Shown here piece by piece: positions 9,182 to 18,500 of a stretch of 64,000 nucleotides of DNA. The notes below the pieces were generated by a model, which made no database searches, was not told the origin of the DNA, and saw nothing but the letters and a program-made list of their open reading frames with translations. Positions within the stretch are counted from its first letter, which is position 1; the number at the start of each line of letters is the position of its first letter. The stretch is from a virus, in the IMG/VR virus record IMGVR_UViG_3300013132_000021. One strand, given 5' to 3'. Both the position numbers and the translations under genes were made by a program.

Positions 9182-10772
9182 CGACTCCGCCATATATATT
9201 TTGTTTTAGAAATTCATAATGGGAAGGGCAACTTTTTACATAATCAATTACATAATCTTTATATTGTTCGTGATTACGTCTTGTAACATTTAATTCTTCG
9301 GTTTTTAAACCAGTCCAATCTTTATAGTACACAAGAGGTTTAAGAGATTCTGGTCGAATACCTTGACCGGCTGCTATGTACATGGCTCCTTGCATATCGG
9401 GAGGGTATACTTGATTAGCTGTTACGTTGCCTATAAGGTTAGCAAATCCACCATGTGTGGCTATAAAATCGTTCATCATATCTGGAGCATATTCGTTAAT
9501 CTGAGTGCACCAACGCCAATATGGGGTATCTGTTCGCATACTAAATGCATAATGCATGGCTACAAAATCTTTGAAGGTTGTTACTTCTCTGTCAACTGCT
9601 AAATTAAATCCGTCTTTTTCGATTCTAGAAACATACCCGTTTCTTCTGTTTAAAATTTCTATCAGCTTTATGATATTTTCGTGTGTGGTGAGTAGTCCAG
9701 TAGATTCTAAAGGTTCGACAAAACCATAACTGAGTCCTATACCTACGACATTTTCTACCCAAGCTCTACGACGTTTGCCGTGTGAGATCTTCACTTGAAA
9801 CATTTCTGCTTGTTCTGCGATTTCTGGACTGTGCTTTACAGCTAAGTGAGTACGAAATTCTTTTTGTGCATCTTCTGGAGTAACAAATCTTGTTGAAAAA
9901 ACATACCCAGTACCAATTCTATTCCATAGTGGGATATTCCAAACCCAACCGTTATCTAGTGCATGACAATCTGTAACGTTGTGCATTTCACGTTCTCTAT
10001 CGATGTATGGAATTCTACATGCCCATGCCATATCATTAGCAAGGCTGTCTTTAAATGAAACAAATTGTGAGCCCATCCAATTTTCTAATAGAATAGATTT
10101 AAATCCTGTACAATCAATCCACAGATCTGATTTAAGAATCTGCCCAGTCTCTGTAAATATCTCTGTGATGTTACCAGATCTGTCTTTTTTATAACTATGA
10201 ATATCGCCCTGTAGATGTTTGACACCATTCGGGATAGCTATGTTATCTCGTAGATAATTTCCAAAAAGTCCTGCATCCATGTGATATGCAGTATCATATT
10301 TGAAATTAAAATTTCGCAAGACGCCTTGTTCATTTTTTGACTGTTTATTGTATTTGGCCAACATGGTATTTCCTGTACAGAAAAATTCTGCAAATGATTC
10401 AGGACCAAATTCTTTAGGAAACATTGCTGCTAGCTCTACCCAAGACTGAATACCGTTGGGCTTGTCTGTGAGATCAAATCCGGGAGCAAACGGATATTCA
10501 AATGATTCTCCTTGTCCCTGTCTAAAATTGGTAAATCTTATTGAATTTTTATAAGTAGCATTACACGCTGCCATCCAGTCTTCGTCTTTCAAATCTAAAA
10601 TATGTAAAAATTTATTGATATGGCCTAGTGTGCTTTCGCCCACCCCAACCGTGCCTATCTTTTGAGATTCGATTAGAGTAATTTCTAAAAAGGGGCATAG
10701 TTTTGATAAGGCAGCAGCGGTCATCCATCCTGAAGATCCTCCGCCGATTATGGTAATTTTTTTTATATGCAT
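9165..10772 (-). CDS. Flavin-dependent tryptophan halogenase family protein (PrnA/RebH-like), full length
   Basis: GGGSSGW FAD motif, VGEST, ATYKNSIRF (catalytic Lys position), AYHMDA, IDCTGF, GWVWNIP, GFVEPLESTG, DTPYW. Confidence 0.93.
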   Translation of the reverse strand: MHIKKITIIGGGSSGWMTAAALSKLCPFLEITLIESQKIGTVGVGESTLGHINKFLHILDLKDEDWMAACNATYKNSIRFTNFRQGQGESFEYPFAPGFDLTDKPNGIQSWVELAAMFPKEFGPESFAEFFCTGNTMLAKYNKQSKNEQGVLRNFNFKYDTAYHMDAGLFGNYLRDNIAIPNGVKHLQGDIHSYKKDRSGNITEIFTETGQILKSDLWIDCTGFKSILLENWMGSQFVSFKDSLANDMAWACRIPYIDREREMHNVTDCHALDNGWVWNIPLWNRIGTGYVFSTRFVTPEDAQKEFRTHLAVKHSPEIAEQAEMFQVKISHGKRRRAWVENVVGIGLSYGFVEPLESTGLLTTHENIIKLIEILNRRNGYVSRIEKDGFNLAVDREVTTFKDFVAMHYAFSMRTDTPYWRWCTQINEYAPDMMNDFIATHGGFANLIGNVTANQVYPPDMQGAMYIAAGQGIRPESLKPLVYYKDWTGLKTEELNVTRRNHEQYKDYVIDYVKSCPSHYEFLKQNIYGGVDEHSV

Positions 10773-10792
10773 ACATTTTTCCTTTGGTGATT

Positions 10793-10798
10793 TATTTA
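10793..10798 (-). promoter_or_regulatory. Late promoter motif TAAATA upstream of the halogenase/oxygenase operon
   Basis: AATAAATAAAT about 20 nt upstream of the 10772 start. Same motif as in front of structural genes. Confidence 0.55.
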
Positions 10799-10917
10799 TT
10801 GATATTAAATCATAGAAATATTATTTTGATATATCGTATATCTGTATCGTTTTTGGATTTCTATACTGCTCGTAGGGATATTTTCCGTTCCATTTACTAC
10901 ATCTCGAAGAGATTATA

Positions 10918-11511
10918 TTATAATTTTTCATTTAGATTAAATGCCAAGCTAATTCTAGGTTCAGTGTTATTATGGGGATATACTCCGTGTCTTAGATTGC
11001 TCCTAAATACAACAAGTTGACCTTCTAAAGGTTGATAGATAGCGGCCGTACAATTTAAATCTGTGTCCTTGTCTACTCGGATAGGTCTCATTTCAAATAT
11101 TGAATTGGGATTTTCAAAAACCAGTCGACCGCTTTTTTCAGGTACAGAAACATAATATATCGCGCTGAAATCAAATCCTGGATGTATGTGCGGTTCTTGG
11201 AAATCTCCCTTTTCATAATAATTCATCCAGCACTGCTGTATCTGATAGTTTTTGATGCTTCCGTAGCTCCTTGAAAAATCATCGACTTCCAGTTCCACCC
11301 AATTAGAAAAATCACACAGTATTGGGGAATCTTTAAGAAGAGGATTCTGGAATCCCTTCTGTATCGATTTGGTCCAAAATGGCCAACCTTCGATCTCGCC
11401 GGACGACGAGTAGTCCTTTTTTGGATATAATTTTAACAATTCTTTTTTTAAAGAATCATGATACGGATAAAAAGAATGGTAGATTCCTATAGGAAACCAA
11501 TAAGTTATCAT
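10918..11511 (-). CDS. TIGR02466-like putative 2OG oxygenase (HxH)
   Basis: WMNYY..GDFQEPHIH, SAIYYV..P..SG.L.F.NP, LRHGV, RISLAFN. Confidence 0.85.
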   Translation of the reverse strand: MITYWFPIGIYHSFYPYHDSLKKELLKLYPKKDYSSSGEIEGWPFWTKSIQKGFQNPLLKDSPILCDFSNWVELEVDDFSRSYGSIKNYQIQQCWMNYYEKGDFQEPHIHPGFDFSAIYYVSVPEKSGRLVFENPNSIFEMRPIRVDKDTDLNCTAAIYQPLEGQLVVFRSNLRHGVYPHNNTEPRISLAFNLNEKL

Positions 11512-11515
11512 CCTG

Positions 11516-11521
11516 TATTTA
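11516..11521 (-). promoter_or_regulatory. Late promoter motif TAAATA, 4 nt before ATG 11511
   Basis: Minus strand reads TTAAATA CAGG ATG, immediately after a terminator. Confidence 0.6.
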
Positions 11522-11528
11522 ATTAGAT

Positions 11529-11559
11529 AAAAAAATGCCCTAAATTTTTAGGGCATTTT
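11529..11559 (-). terminator. Rho-independent terminator ending the fibre operon (possibly bidirectional)
   Basis: Perfect inverted repeat AAAATGCCCTAAA-tt-TTTAGGGCATTTT (11532-11559) followed by a T run on the minus strand. Confidence 0.8.
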
Positions 11560-11583
11560 CCTTACAACCTCGATTCGTTGAAT

Positions 11584-12084
11584 CTAAGCGATGTATCCCT
11601 TCCATCCTGGATATCTTGTCCACGACGGAATTTCAACCGTAGATGGTCTGCATGGTTTATCCTCTGAAGGTTCAGAACTAAGAGCCTGTGCCTGCAAATA
11701 TTCTTCTGTTAACGTAGCCGGGTCTGGATCTGCCGGCGGACGTTCAATCATGGTTTTAACCGTAGCTATGTGATTGAACCACTCTCCGTTGGTGTCTAAA
11801 CTTCCATTTTGTCGAATGTCGTGATAGATTAAATCTAATTGTTCTTCAATCCGTCCATAAGCAACTTTTCTAGCAACTTTTTTATCGGTATAAGGAGCGT
11901 CTCTTTCCACCCATATCATTTGTTGTCGACTGGGACTCCATTCCAATGTCCATTCTCTTTGAATATTATCTGGTGCATCTACCCAAGCGATAGTAGCACC
12001 TGCGCCTTCATAAATTAAAAAATCTTCGCCGGGATCTACAATATCTTGTACATATCCTTGATAGGTCACTATTACTTTTTTCAT
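11584..12084 (-). CDS. Hypothetical protein, probable fibre-associated/assembly protein
   Basis: Last gene of the fibre operon, with AGGA SD. R..AYG.IEEQLD.IYHD...W..HI..VK resembles small phage fibre-associated proteins. Confidence 0.55.
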   Translation of the reverse strand: MKKVIVTYQGYVQDIVDPGEDFLIYEGAGATIAWVDAPDNIQREWTLEWSPSRQQMIWVERDAPYTDKKVARKVAYGRIEEQLDLIYHDIRQNGSLDTNGEWFNHIATVKTMIERPPADPDPATLTEEYLQAQALSSEPSEDKPCRPSTVEIPSWTRYPGWKGYIA

Positions 12085-12099
12085 ATGTTATCCTCAAAT

Positions 12100-12954
12100 T
12101 TATCTAAATTCTTCAACCACCACAATTCCTGGACGTCCATCTGATCCTCGATGTCCACTGAAATATCCACCAGTGCCTCCGGTTCCCGGAGCTGCGTGTC
12201 CTTGATGATTGTGTGTGAAATTTCCACCGTTTGGGTGTCCCGACGGAGCAGCCCCTCCAAAATGTGTAGCGCCGCCCATACCAAAACTATGGTGATGATC
12301 GCCACCCGATCCTTGGTGAAGATTTAGATTACCACCTGATCCCGTTCCACTCACACCGCCGCAGTGTTGTGCTTGTCTATTGGCACCATGTCCACCACCT
12401 GCGCTCATGAATGGACCAAAACTGGTGGTCCCCCCGTCGCCGCCAGCACTTGAGTAATATGTTCCACCACCACCACCACCGATGGTTACGCTAACACTGC
12501 TGGTTCCTGTGACATCGATAATTCTTTCTGAATAGCCACCAGCGCCACCACTTTCACCGTGACCACCTCCACCACCACCACCTGCTACTAATTTAACTCT
12601 GATAAATCTAACTCCGCTGGGTCTATTCCAGGTTGAGCTGCCAGTAAAAACCTGCATGCCGCTGAATCCGATTGATCTATATTCTAAGGCATTATTAGCT
12701 GAATTGGTTATTAGTACAGTATTTGCTGCACCGATTGTGGTTAGGCCGGTGCCGCCTTGAGGTACACCAACAGAACCTGTGGTAATTGCAGATGTTAGAT
12801 TAACTGAACCTGTGGTCAACTTTGCAGATGTTACAGCATCATTGGCTATATCTGAAGTTGGAAGTGTTCTACTAGCAATATTGCTATTTGTTAGTGCATT
12901 GTTAACAATAGAATTCTGTGTTAAATTTTTCAAAGTTTGATAATTAAACGGCAT
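12100..12954 (-). CDS. Gly/His-rich fibre-tip/adhesin-like protein, paralogue A
   Basis: N-terminal AVTSAKL-type shaft repeats and GGTG motif. C-terminal glycine-rich domain (FTGSSTW.RP.GV...GGGGG...GG.TSFG...G.PG.V.V.E). Confidence 0.7.
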   Translation of the reverse strand: MPFNYQTLKNLTQNSIVNNALTNSNIASRTLPTSDIANDAVTSAKLTTGSVNLTSAITTGSVGVPQGGTGLTTIGAANTVLITNSANNALEYRSIGFSGMQVFTGSSTWNRPSGVRFIRVKLVAGGGGGGGHGESGGAGGYSERIIDVTGTSSVSVTIGGGGGGTYYSSAGGDGGTTSFGPFMSAGGGHGANRQAQHCGGVSGTGSGGNLNLHQGSGGDHHHSFGMGGATHFGGAAPSGHPNGGNFTHNHQGHAAPGTGGTGGYFSGHRGSDGRPGIVVVEEFR

Positions 12955-12970
12955 CTTGTTATCCTATTTG

Positions 12971-13828
12971 TTAATAATATTCATAGACTACTACTATACC
13001 CGGTCTACCATCAGCACCTCTATGTCCACTGAAATAACCGCTGGTACCACCTGTACCTGGAGCAGAATGTCCTTGATGATTATGTGCGAAATTACCACCG
13101 TTTGGGTGTCCTGCTGGACCTGCTCCGCCAAAATATGTTGATCCTCCCATACCGGTGGATCGCTGTTCGTGACCACCACCTGATCCTTGGTGAAGATTTA
13201 TATCACCGCCTGAGCCTCCTCCACTTAGGCCACCGTTGTGTTGGTTGTGTCTATTGGCACCATGTCCGCCACCTGCGCTCAGGAATGGACCAAAACTGGT
13301 AGCCCCCCCGTTGCCGCCAGCACTTGAGTAATATGTTCCACCACCACCACCACCGACGGTTATGCTAACACTGCTGGTTCCTGTGACATCGATAATTCTT
13401 TCTGAGTAGCCTCCGGCCGCACCACTTTCCCCGTGTCCGCTGCCACCTCCACCACCTGCTACTAATATAACATGTATGAATCTTACTCCTGATGGGCGAC
13501 TCCAGGTTGAGCTGCCGGTAAAAACCTGCATACTCCTGATACCGCATTCTCTGAATGTATAGGCATTGTTTGCGTCATTAACACCTAGGATTCGATTTGC
13601 ACCTGCAAAGCCTGTTAGACCGGTTCCTCCAGACCCAGCTGGAATTGAGCCTGTTACCTTTGCACCTGTTAAATTTACTGATGCATTGGCTAGTTCGCTA
13701 GCTGTAATTGTAGAGTTAGCTAAATTTGTACTGGTAACTGCATCGTTAGCAAAATCTGCACCCGTAAGAGTGTTTGCTACAAAAGAACTAGAATTTAAAT
13801 TCCTTAAAGATTGATAGTTAAAAGGCAT
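12971..13828 (-). CDS. Gly/His-rich fibre-tip/adhesin-like protein, paralogue B
   Basis: Same MPFNYQ start and architecture as A. Confidence 0.7.
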   Translation of the reverse strand: MPFNYQSLRNLNSSSFVANTLTGADFANDAVTSTNLANSTITASELANASVNLTGAKVTGSIPAGSGGTGLTGFAGANRILGVNDANNAYTFRECGIRSMQVFTGSSTWSRPSGVRFIHVILVAGGGGGSGHGESGAAGGYSERIIDVTGTSSVSITVGGGGGGTYYSSAGGNGGATSFGPFLSAGGGHGANRHNQHNGGLSGGGSGGDINLHQGSGGGHEQRSTGMGGSTYFGGAGPAGHPNGGNFAHNHQGHSAPGTGGTSGYFSGHRGADGRPGIVVVYEYY

Positions 13829-13837
13829 CGATTTCTC

Positions 13838-14689
13838 TTAATAAAAGTTAGTTACAATAATTATGCCAGGTCGCCCGTCAGTTCCTCTATAACTGTGGAA
13901 ATGAGCTCCGCCGCCACCTGCTCCAAGAGCAGAATGTCCGTTATGATTGTGACCAAATTGTCCACCGTTGGGATAATTGCTAGCAGTTCCGCCACCAAAG
14001 AAACTTTCCGCCACAGACGATGAATCTCTGGCATGATGACTGTAGCCACCGCCTGTATGAATATTAAGATTACCACCCGATCCCGCTCCACTCACACCGC
14101 CGCAGTGTTGTGCTTGTCTATTGGCACCATGTCCACCGCCGGCACTTATGTATGGACCGAAACTAGAAGAGTTTCCGTTACCTGCTGCTCCAGAATAATA
14201 TGTTCCACCACCACCACCACCGATGGTTACGCCCACACTTGAAATTCCTGTAACATCTAAAAATCTTTCAGCATAGCCACCTGCTGCTCCGCCCTCTCCG
14301 TGTCCGCTGCCACCACCACCTGCGCCATTTACCTGAACTTTTATATATTTTACTCCGGCTGGGCGAGTCCAGGTTGAGCTGCCGGTATACACATTTATAC
14401 TGGCTATTCCGTGAGGTTGTTGACTTAAATTTGTTCCGTCACTTTGAAGAGCTCTTCCTGCTCCAGAAAAACCAGCTACTCCTAGGCCGCCACGCGATGC
14501 AGGTAATGTTCCTGTTACTGTTGCGCTACTTAAATTTACAGCACCTGTGCCTAATTTAGCTTCAGTTACACTGGCTAATACTAGTCTATCACCGGCAACG
14601 GTGGTGTTTTGTAATTTACCTGCCGTAATAGTACCATCAGTAACTGATTGTGAAGTATATTGTTTTAGTGTTTGATAGTTGAATGGCAT
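13838..14689 (-). CDS. Gly/His-rich fibre-tip/adhesin-like protein, paralogue C
   Basis: Same MPFNYQ start and architecture as A and B. Confidence 0.7.
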   Translation of the reverse strand: MPFNYQTLKQYTSQSVTDGTITAGKLQNTTVAGDRLVLASVTEAKLGTGAVNLSSATVTGTLPASRGGLGVAGFSGAGRALQSDGTNLSQQPHGIASINVYTGSSTWTRPAGVKYIKVQVNGAGGGGSGHGEGGAAGGYAERFLDVTGISSVGVTIGGGGGGTYYSGAAGNGNSSSFGPYISAGGGHGANRQAQHCGGVSGAGSGGNLNIHTGGGYSHHARDSSSVAESFFGGGTASNYPNGGQFGHNHNGHSALGAGGGGAHFHSYRGTDGRPGIIIVTNFY

Positions 14690-14695
14690 AATATT

Positions 14696-15166
14696 TTATA
14701 TAGAATCTAACAACCAGCCTCTAGTAGCATCATAATATGTCATAGACAGTGCTGCACCTTGTGTGCTGATAGTCATAGTATCATTGGTTCGCATAATAGG
14801 GGCACCGTTGGGTACCACTGAACAATTATTGGTTTGAAATGTACCGTGGGTGTCATAGATTTTAATGACATCTCCTTGTCTTGGACTAGCCGGTAGAGTT
14901 AAATTTACTGCTGCTGACGTGGTGTTGACCCAGTAGGCATGATTTGATCCCATGGTTTGGCTACTAGCTACTGCTAGATTTGGCAATGCCCCTACCACAA
15001 ACCAATAACTGCCGTTCCAAATTTCTAGTTGATTAACGTCAGTGTTGAAATATTGAAAACCTTTTTGGTCTCCAGCCAGTGTTGGTCGTTGAGCTGTGCT
15101 ACCGGTACCTACTAAAATAAACTCTTCGGTTATAGGTTGGATTCCGACTCTTGTGTGACGTCCCAT
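14696..15166 (-). CDS. Small fibre-associated virion protein
   Basis: G.TAQRP...G..YFNT...LEIWNG..W motif shared with genes 29494, 30681 and 31778, then an LTLPASP..GD beta domain. Confidence 0.55.
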   Translation of the reverse strand: MGRHTRVGIQPITEEFILVGTGSTAQRPTLAGDQKGFQYFNTDVNQLEIWNGSYWFVVGALPNLAVASSQTMGSNHAYWVNTTSAAVNLTLPASPRQGDVIKIYDTHGTFQTNNCSVVPNGAPIMRTNDTMTISTQGAALSMTYYDATRGWLLDSI

Positions 15167-15178
15167 AATATTTTCCTT

Positions 15179-15499
15179 TTACGCAGTAGTGGTTTCGATA
15201 CCATAGACCATAGCAGTTACGTTAGCAGCACTAGAACGTGCCACTATTAGTTTTCCTGTATCTAATACTAGTCCGGTTCTTTCTAAAACACCACTTGGTC
15301 CTATCTGAACATCATATTCTACGAATTCCGCATTGCCCGGAGTAGCTGTTGTAGCTACTGCTAATCTTGCTGTCACGTTGACCGCATTTCTATTGCAGAT
15401 GCTTACTGTGACTACTGCAAATGTACTAGCAGGCACTGTGTAAAGCGTGGTATTGGTGGCAGCAGATAAATCCGCTGCTCCTAGTCTTCCTGTTGCCAT
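15179..15499 (-). CDS. Small beta-rich virion structural protein
   Basis: TLYTVP...VSICNR...LVL..G pattern, similar to 29157..29489 and 32500..32901. Confidence 0.5.
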   Translation of the reverse strand: MATGRLGAADLSAATNTTLYTVPASTFAVVTVSICNRNAVNVTARLAVATTATPGNAEFVEYDVQIGPSGVLERTGLVLDTGKLIVARSSAANVTAMVYGIETTTA

Positions 15500-15521
15500 A
15501 ATTTATTCTCCATGTTTATAT

Positions 15522-18500
15522 TTATGTTAAAAAGTAATTGAATGCTAAAGGAAGGCCAATAACCCCGCCTCTAAAATCAAAAGTAGCATTCATCTTGATC
15601 GCACCGCCTGTGGTTGTCGTGATTATGTTTGAGCTGATAAACACCGATCCTGCAGTCACTGAGTTTACGTTCAAGCTAGCGCCACCACCACCAATTTGGC
15701 TAGCAATATAGGCTTTGATAGCTCTCTGTGTAGGTACGATATTATCCGAATCCGCAGTAAAGAATGGATCTGTTGAGAATTCAGTAATTGTTGCTGATCC
15801 GCCACCTAGTGTTACGTTGCCTAGATTAAGTTCTTGCAGCCCTGAAATGTTAAACGCATCAGCATTTAATGTTGCTATACCAGTTGACTGTTCGATGTTG
15901 AACAGATCACCAACTCTAAAGTTACCGTCTTGGTCTGTGGCTGTGAAGAACACACGACCGCCATTTTCTTCAAAGGTTTCATTAGCCGGAATAGGATCTG
16001 ATAATGGGGCATTTGGATAATTTGTTTCTACAAAATTACCGGTACCGATATCTAAGAAATCATGACCAGTTAAACGACATTGACTGTAACGCAGTCTTGT
16101 GGTAACTGTGACTGCATCATCTGGTGCTTCACCTATGGTTAATGTAGGACTGATTTGTAAAAATGCTGTGTAAGCACCATCGTTCACTCCTAGGAATGTA
16201 ATCACATTTACTAATTTGAATGTTCTGTCTGGTAAATGTCCAAACACCACATTTGATCCCGGAGTAGGTTGTTCAGATAGCTGTCTTACAGCCACAAATG
16301 ATCCTGGTTGATAAGTGTCGGCGTAACCGTCGCCGATATCTACTTCACCGTTACTAGTTACATACTGTGATCCTCGATTAGTAAACGACGGATTTGCTAG
16401 CACACCTGATCCCGTTCTTACAGTCACTGGAGCTTCAAACGTGTTGTTCGGATCTGTGAATGTAACTGTAGGAACTGTGTCATATCCTGATCCTGGTTCT
16501 TCAATATTGACCTGGAATAACTTATTGGCTGCTACTAGTGCGCGGGCTCTAGTAGTTGCTCCTGTTCTGATGTATGTCGCTACAGTACCTGAGCTACCGC
16601 CAACGCCAACAAACAAGCCATAACGATCTCTGTTACCAAACGTGATAGATGAGAATCCGTTAGCTGCTGTGCTAGTAGCTCTCACAGTCCATGTCACACC
16701 GTCTGGAGAAGTTGCTGCTGCTGTGGTTGTACTCACAGCAAGGAACACTCCTTGACCGTATGTGACTTTGGTCCACGATGCTGTTGCAGGTAGTGTGCTG
16801 GCTGTCCATGTAATACCGTCTAAACTATAAGCTGCAATCGTACCGCTGGTGTTTGATACAGCAACAAATCTATTGTTACCGTAGGCAATGCTGTTCCAGT
16901 TTGATGAGCTAGGCAATGCACCTGCAGTCCATGTGCCCGTGACTCCCGATGTAGTAGCATAATTTGTCACTGCGGTGCCGCTCTTAATAGCCACAAATCT
17001 GTTTTTACCGTATGCAATAGCTGTGAAGCCGGTGGTAGTTAACGTACCTGTTTGATCCCAGTTTTCACCATCATTGCTGATCCTCACTGTGGTGACATCG
17101 CTGCTGATAGCTACGAATTTCTGTGCGTTAAATCCACCAAATGCTACATCCACCCATGTAGCAGATGTGACCATGTTGGCTGCTGTCCATGTTATACCAT
17201 CTTCGCTGTACGCTCCTGTGGTGTTAGCTGTGGTTCCAGCAACTGCTACGAATTTACTGACTTTGCCCACTGTGGATCCGTCATCGAACAAGCCAGCGGT
17301 CATAGCTGACCAGTTTGCAGCACTGGGCATCAAGCTGGGTCTTGTAGTCCATGAAACGCCATCTTCAGATGTTGCTCCCACTGTAGATCCGCTACGCAGA
17401 GCCACATATCTACCACCTATGCCGTAGCCTGCATGATCAAAGTTTAAGATAGCTCCGGTGGCGGCATTGACCGCTGTGATAGTTATCACTAGGTTGTTGG
17501 TTGTGCTTAATCCACCGAGGCTGGTTCCTAGTATGGTTATGGTCTGTAATCTCACATATCCTGTGCCAGCTGTCTGTAAGGAAGGTGTGTATTTCCATCC
17601 GTTACGTATCACGGTAAAGTTTGCTCCAACACCAGCACCGCTGTAGGTACCCGTTACTGATGTGTATACTGCTGCGGTCTCACCATATTTTACTGCTGAC
17701 CAGGTGCCCGAAGTTGGCAGTGCCGCTGCTGTGGATGTGTAACCTGGTGCAGAGAATGTTACTCTTGGTTCGATAATATATGTACTTGATGCATCAGGTG
17801 CAATAATAGCAGTGCCTGCAACTAAATGATTAAAGCCTGCTGTACCGTCCGATTCTTTGACCACACCAGCGACTTTTGTACCTGAATTGTATGTGGTAAT
17901 AATACCAAACTGTCCGACGCCTGCACCACCAGTAAGCACAATCTTCATACCAATATAAGCAGTGCTGGACTCACTGTCTGTGGCAGCAATAGTTACAGAA
18001 GTTGATGAACCACCTTGGCAGGTGTTTGAATTAGTGATATATCCAAATCCACCAAAATTGCCTTCAGCTTCTTCGGCGTTGGTGCTGTCTTCGACTAGGT
18101 CTAGCATTCTTACTTCGTATACAGCATCGTCACGGAATTCATCCGGCTGCACCGATCCTCCAGTGCCTCCACCTGTAATCGTATATGTTACTTCAGTGTA
18201 ATCTATACCGGCATTGGTAAACTCATATTGTAACAGTCCTGATCCGTCAGTGATAATACGATCGATCACTGCTTCGAATTGCAATCTGTTATCTACAACC
18301 GCTGTGCCAGGTGTTTCGTTGGAGTCAAAGCCTTCTGCAACCGCACCAAAATCTCCGTAGGAGCAGTTACCATTGGTACCACGGATTCTACCGCCGTTTT
18401 CTGCTAGATAACCAATGTGTGCGTAGTAAGAGAACACAGACACTAATTCAGCACGACCATTATTAGTAATCCAAGCACCTATACCGTCTGAGATAACCTG

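Noticed and set aside
10784-11020. 78-aa plus-strand ORF
   Set aside because: Antisense to the operon, overlaps the 10918 gene, has no SD, and covers an AT-rich promoter-containing gap.
12100-14689. Diversity-generating retroelement (TR/VR pair)
   Set aside because: All three copies are intact genes, differences are not visibly adenine-specific, and no reverse transcriptase is in the window.
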